Shown here piece after piece: positions 20,607 through 24,833 of a stretch of 24,833 nt of DNA. Position 1 is the stretch's first letter, and every line of letters begins with the position of its first letter. The notes below the pieces were generated by a model. That model saw only the letters and a list, made by a program, of their open reading frames with translations, did no database searches and was not told where the DNA came from. Source of the stretch: Azolla caroliniana (lineage: Eukaryota > Plantae > Polypodiophyta); contig JBHGNT010000450.1 of NCBI GenBank assembly GCA_043228905.1, positions 1 through 24,833 of the forward strand. Reading direction: 5' to 3'. The position numbers and the translations under genes were made by a program.

Positions 20607-22897
20607 TAGTGCAAAAGAAGCAATTGCTTGTTGCTAGTCCACAACACTTTAAAGCTAATCCTAGAGGCAATCCTCCTATCAAAACTCTCTAATTGAAGAC
20701 CTTTGCTACAAGTGGCAATTTAGAATGCCAACTACGTTTTAAGATCTGCCACCACCCATGATCAGATTTGTGTATTTTCCATTCTTCTTCAGCCTTAGAT
20801 GATAGCCATCTGAGAGACTCAGCGGAGCAATGGTATAAAAGATTAGTGGTCAGTTGTAACAACGATGTTTGACCCCGTAAACACCAATCAATCCACGATT
20901 GTTCTTTTTGTTTGTAGAGGTAAAGGACCTTGCATCAATGCAATATTTTGTAGTTGTTGCCATATAAACCCATAATTAGGCGGGATGCGTAACAATTATC
21001 ATGCTTCGACAAACTCCAAAATTCATTGAGATGGAGCCTCAACTACATCTCCCACCTCTTTGACCCCCAAATGAAACAAACGATTAAATTGAGAGCACAA
21101 TCTCTCTTTTCCTGGCCAACATAATAACCAAGAAGACACAAGTAACTCTTTTTGCAAAGAATTGCAATACTCTCTACTAGGTGATGGTTTCCATACACAT
21201 AACAAGAGGGCTTTTTGCTATGAGATAACCAAGTGTCGAACAAATGAAGAGCCCAAAATCTTAAGTGAAATGCATCCATTCAATAATTGCCCCTTCAAGT
21301 AAACTCAATTCAATTTCCCTAATAAATAGTTATATCCCACATTATACGAGGGTTGGGTGAATCAATTTTTCTTGAAGTGATGAAGATGACTCGTACCTTG
21401 GAGTGTTGCACATTCAAGGGTTGTTATCAAGTTACGAGGGGTTGCCTTCCTCTTGATGGGTTAAATGAGGGATTTGAAGATGTCACTCCCCAATGGCAAC
21501 AACATCATACATCAACACATAAAAACAATTACCTTTCCAGTTCATGTAGTCGCAAAAATCTCAAAGGCTTCTTAAGTTAATTAGAATTAACACACAACTA
21601 ATCACGAAATTATTTGAGAAATATATTAGTTCAAGTTAAATAGATTATTACTACGTGAGAAACATGCAAGGTGTCTCAATTAAATAAATAAGAAACACGC
21701 ATGTCTCAATCAATCAGGTGGAAAAGCTACATGAAGGAGAACTCTTAGTGGATGTAAAAGGGAGAGAATGGTGACCAAAAGGTAGCCCCAAAGCTAGGGC
21801 ACCCAAAGGCCCTTTTTACATTAGAGCGCTTGCCCTTTATACGAGTTGAAAACCTTAATTGTTCCCTTTCACATTACAAGCACAATGTCCCTTGGCAACT
21901 ACTACATAATAAAGGGTAATTCCCGACTAATTTCAATATAACCATGTTTCTTACATACATATGGTTTACAACCAATAGTTGATAACATATATCAAAAAAT
22001 ACTAAAGCCTCGTTGAGTTTGTTACAATTAAAGAAGTATCTCATTATTTCCCTTAAGATCAAGTTACTATGAAAGGGAGTTGATCTTCAACTCCATGTAT
22101 CTTGATATTTTGAGTCATGATCATCTCCTTGGGTATATAAATAGCCCTAATAGTCATTATAGACTTTACTTTAGAACAGGCCATATTATGGCCACCCCCC
22201 ATTTTACCAATAATCATAGGTAATTGATGTAAACTCGTCTCCAGTGCCTATAATAGTTAGCATTCTGACCCCTTTCATCATGACTGCTAGCATAAAAGTA
22301 GTATCATATACCCAAAATGATACAACTTTCAGGATGTCATATTTGCATTTGTCTCGTTGTAGGTGGTTGTCATTGGGCTCTTACCATACCTTGCATGAAG
22401 TACTTTTTTCTATATGAGTGTGTTATGCCATGACTCAATGTTCAATATAAGAACTTTTCAAGAGTGAGGTGGATCAATTGGGGTAGGATATGGTTGAACC
22501 TTGTCCTGATAAATCTTGATACTTAGTTAGTTGATACATTTACCTTAAGGGTAACATAATCTTCGTGGTTAGAGGTTGTTGTGAGAGAGATGCATTCACT
22601 TCATATTCTAAAAATGTGCATTTTCATGAGAGAATCAAGCATTGAAGTTGTGGGAGAACCAAGTAATTAAGTCACATGTCTCTTGGTTTGTAGATGTGCT
22701 AAGTTCCTTCATAAGTGTGATGTCTCCTTTATCGTAACGTCGTTTAACATTGTGATTGTATTACAAGTACTTGTTTGAGACTTACATTTTTTATGAGAAC
22801 CTTGACATTGGAAACATTTCATTTAAATCGTTGGTGAACAAGGATCTTCAAGAACTCTTCCAATTCATGGTTTATTTGGCAAATCTTATAGAATATA

Positions 22898-23141
22898 GAG
22901 AAAAGTACCAGGATACCCTTGGAAGTTCGTCTATTTACCAAACTACCCCTATGTCCAAAAAATTACACTTTATAAAGTAATTATACACTCAAATATTTGG
23001 TAAATAGGGCTTGTAGATTTGAGTGTATAATTACTTTATAAAGTGTAATTTTTTGGACATAGGGGTAGTTTGGTAAATTTGGAACTTCAGGGGCATTCTG
23101 GTAAATAGACGAACTTCTAGGGGTATCCTGGTACTTTTCCC
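22898..23141. mobile_element. Mutator-like fold-back MITE (244 bp) with a perfect 9-bp TSD TAGAATATA
   Basis: Almost entirely an inverted repeat. The inner arms 22933-22994 and 23017-23078 are perfect 62-bp complements, and the outer arms (gagaaaagtaccaggataccc / gggtatcctggtacttttccc) are near-perfect. TSD at 22889-22897 and 23142-23150. Confidence 0.9.
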
Positions 23142-23409
23142 TAGAATATATCATTGATACATTTATGTTGCCAATGTTGAGGAGCGATCAACCACGTGGG
23201 ATTGGATGTTACATGGTATAACTCAATTATTGCAAGTGACTGAAAATAACTTGTACTATTTCTCTATAGTGTCTCTGTGATGGTTAAATCTTGAAAAGAG
23301 TGGCACACAAGCAAGCTTGATCGTGAATGGTGGGAAATCTTATTATAGTTGGCACTCTCTATTGCTATTCCGAGCAAATGTCTTTGTTTTTCTTTCTGCA
23401 TGATTCAAA

Positions 23410-23658
23410 TGGGAGATACTACACAATTCAATGCTTTGTTAATAGCTTAAAAGATTTGGGTTGATGGTAAACATGGAGTTTAATTGTACCTTTTGAAATT
23501 TGAAGGGCATACCACTCAAGAATTTTGTTTCTTGGGAGATACTACACAATTCAATGCTTTGTTAATAGCTTAAAAGATTTGGGTTGATGGTAAACATGGA
23601 GTTTAATTGTACCTTTTGAAATTTGAAGGGCATACCACTCAAGAATTTTGTTTCTTGG
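23410..23658. repeat. Perfect 123-bp tandem duplication
   Basis: tgggagatactacacaattc...gaattttgtttct at 23410..23532 and 23533..23655, with TGG microhomology at the junction. Confidence 0.92.
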
Positions 23659-24363
23659 AACACATGGAGATTCATTGCATCTAGGTTTTCTTCTTGTCTA
23701 TTAGTGTTAATTACATGCAATTAATCTAATTGTGGTTTTCATCGAGAGATAGCAATATGTCCCTCTAATGTCCACGAGCGCACATTGTGATTGTGGGACA
23801 ATTGTGTGTAAGGAGAGGACTGAGTTGATGATGCATGGAAAATCAAACTCCAATGTGGTCAAATGCAGTGCATTGTATCAAACTGTGATATTGTGATTTA
23901 CACGTTCATTCAATGAAAAATATGCATTGTCGATGAATTTCCTTAGTTGTGCTTTGACATCCTACTTCACATCAATTAGAATGTAAGCTAAGTTGCATCA
24001 AAACAATGGTGAGAGTGAGGATCAAAGGGATGGGTTCTAACATGTATGGATGGGTATGGTTTTGTAGTTTGGTGAAGATAATTAATATAATATGTGAAAC
24101 ATGAGTCTCCACATCTTTCTCAAGTTGTGACACTTTGGCATTGCAAAAAACACCTTGTTGACACTTCATGACTTTGTAAGCAAGTGCTTTTGGACATTTT
24201 CAAACTCTTTTTAAGTAGACTTAAGGTTGTCATCATCCCATACTTCAAACCCATTGAGAACCGCCAACCCATATATGATCAAAGAGGTATTCCTCAAGAA
24301 CATAACATTTAATCTCTCCCATCTTATGACTCTGATGGTCGATGTAAACCACCAAGATAACAA

Positions 24364-24364
<1 letters not shown>

Positions 24365-24432
<68 letters not shown>
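24365..24432. repeat. Compound microsatellite (TA)16(GA)18
   Basis: Read directly from the sequence. Confidence 0.95.
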
Positions 24433-24435
<3 letters not shown>

Positions 24436-24720
24436 AAAGCCGATCACAAGATAGAGATACCAACATATACGAGGAGGTGATTCAAAATCATAATCTAACA
24501 TTGTTGAGCAGTGAGGGTTCAATGAGAGGTACTGGGATGGTGATGCAAGTGAGTGATCGGCTGGATCATCGACATGGAAAGATGTGATACAAGCTCTCCA
24601 CCGGTCAAGAGTCCGCGACATCGAACCAACTCTGTAACAATGGCGCAATAGATACACATATGTATGTATATGAGACCACACTTTTAACCATTTTCAATGC
24701 TTTGGGCCATACAAAGGAAA

Positions 24721-24740
24721 CTCTCTCTCTCTCTCTCTCT
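24721..24740. repeat. (CT)10 microsatellite
   Basis: Read directly from the sequence. Confidence 0.85.
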
Positions 24741-24833
24741 TTATGAATACTTAATTTTGCATTTATTAAAACTATTATTTGCCTTTTACTCCTCTGCTTC
24801 TCCCCCTCCTCCTCCCCCTCTGAAGACCCTGTT

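Noticed and set aside
20609-21340. Possible degraded LINE ORF2 remnant on the minus strand
   Set aside because: There is only a vague resemblance in Trp-containing fragments (e.g. LRWLSSKAEEEWK), with many stops and no RT catalytic motif. A translated search would be needed.
23410-23640. Minus-strand peptide GMPFKFQKVQ...TIN resembling a Helitron/PIF1 helicase motif
   Set aside because: It is too short and interrupted by stops, and I found no other helicase motif nearby.
24211-24681. 156-aa minus-strand ORF
   Set aside because: It reads through the (TA)n(GA)n microsatellite, has no ATG start and contains no recognisable domain.

Overview
AT-rich land-plant genomic DNA with spliceosomal introns. 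A fern-like or other non-model plant origin is my impression only and is not established. Two convergent protein-coding genes are supported. (1) A large two-exon group 3 LEA (LEA_4-type, 11-mer repeat) gene on +, join(133..167,921..3429), about 847 aa. (2) The nonsense-mediated decay (NMD) factor SMG8 on -, complement(join(15057..15944,14852..14978,10960..13667,10575..10874)), about 1340 aa. SMG8 also has a predicted 5'UTR intron, an overlapping uORF and two predicted 3'UTR introns, which together suggest NMD autoregulation. Between the genes is an unusual six-copy array of a 92-bp tRNA-derived unit separated by (GA)n tracts of increasing length. The rest is transposon debris: solo LTRs (one nested in another), a pogo/Tc1-mariner-like non-autonomous element, a Mutator-like fold-back MITE with a 9-bp TSD, tandem duplications and microsatellites. 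All splice calls were made by eye from consensus motifs and frame continuity, with no transcript data.
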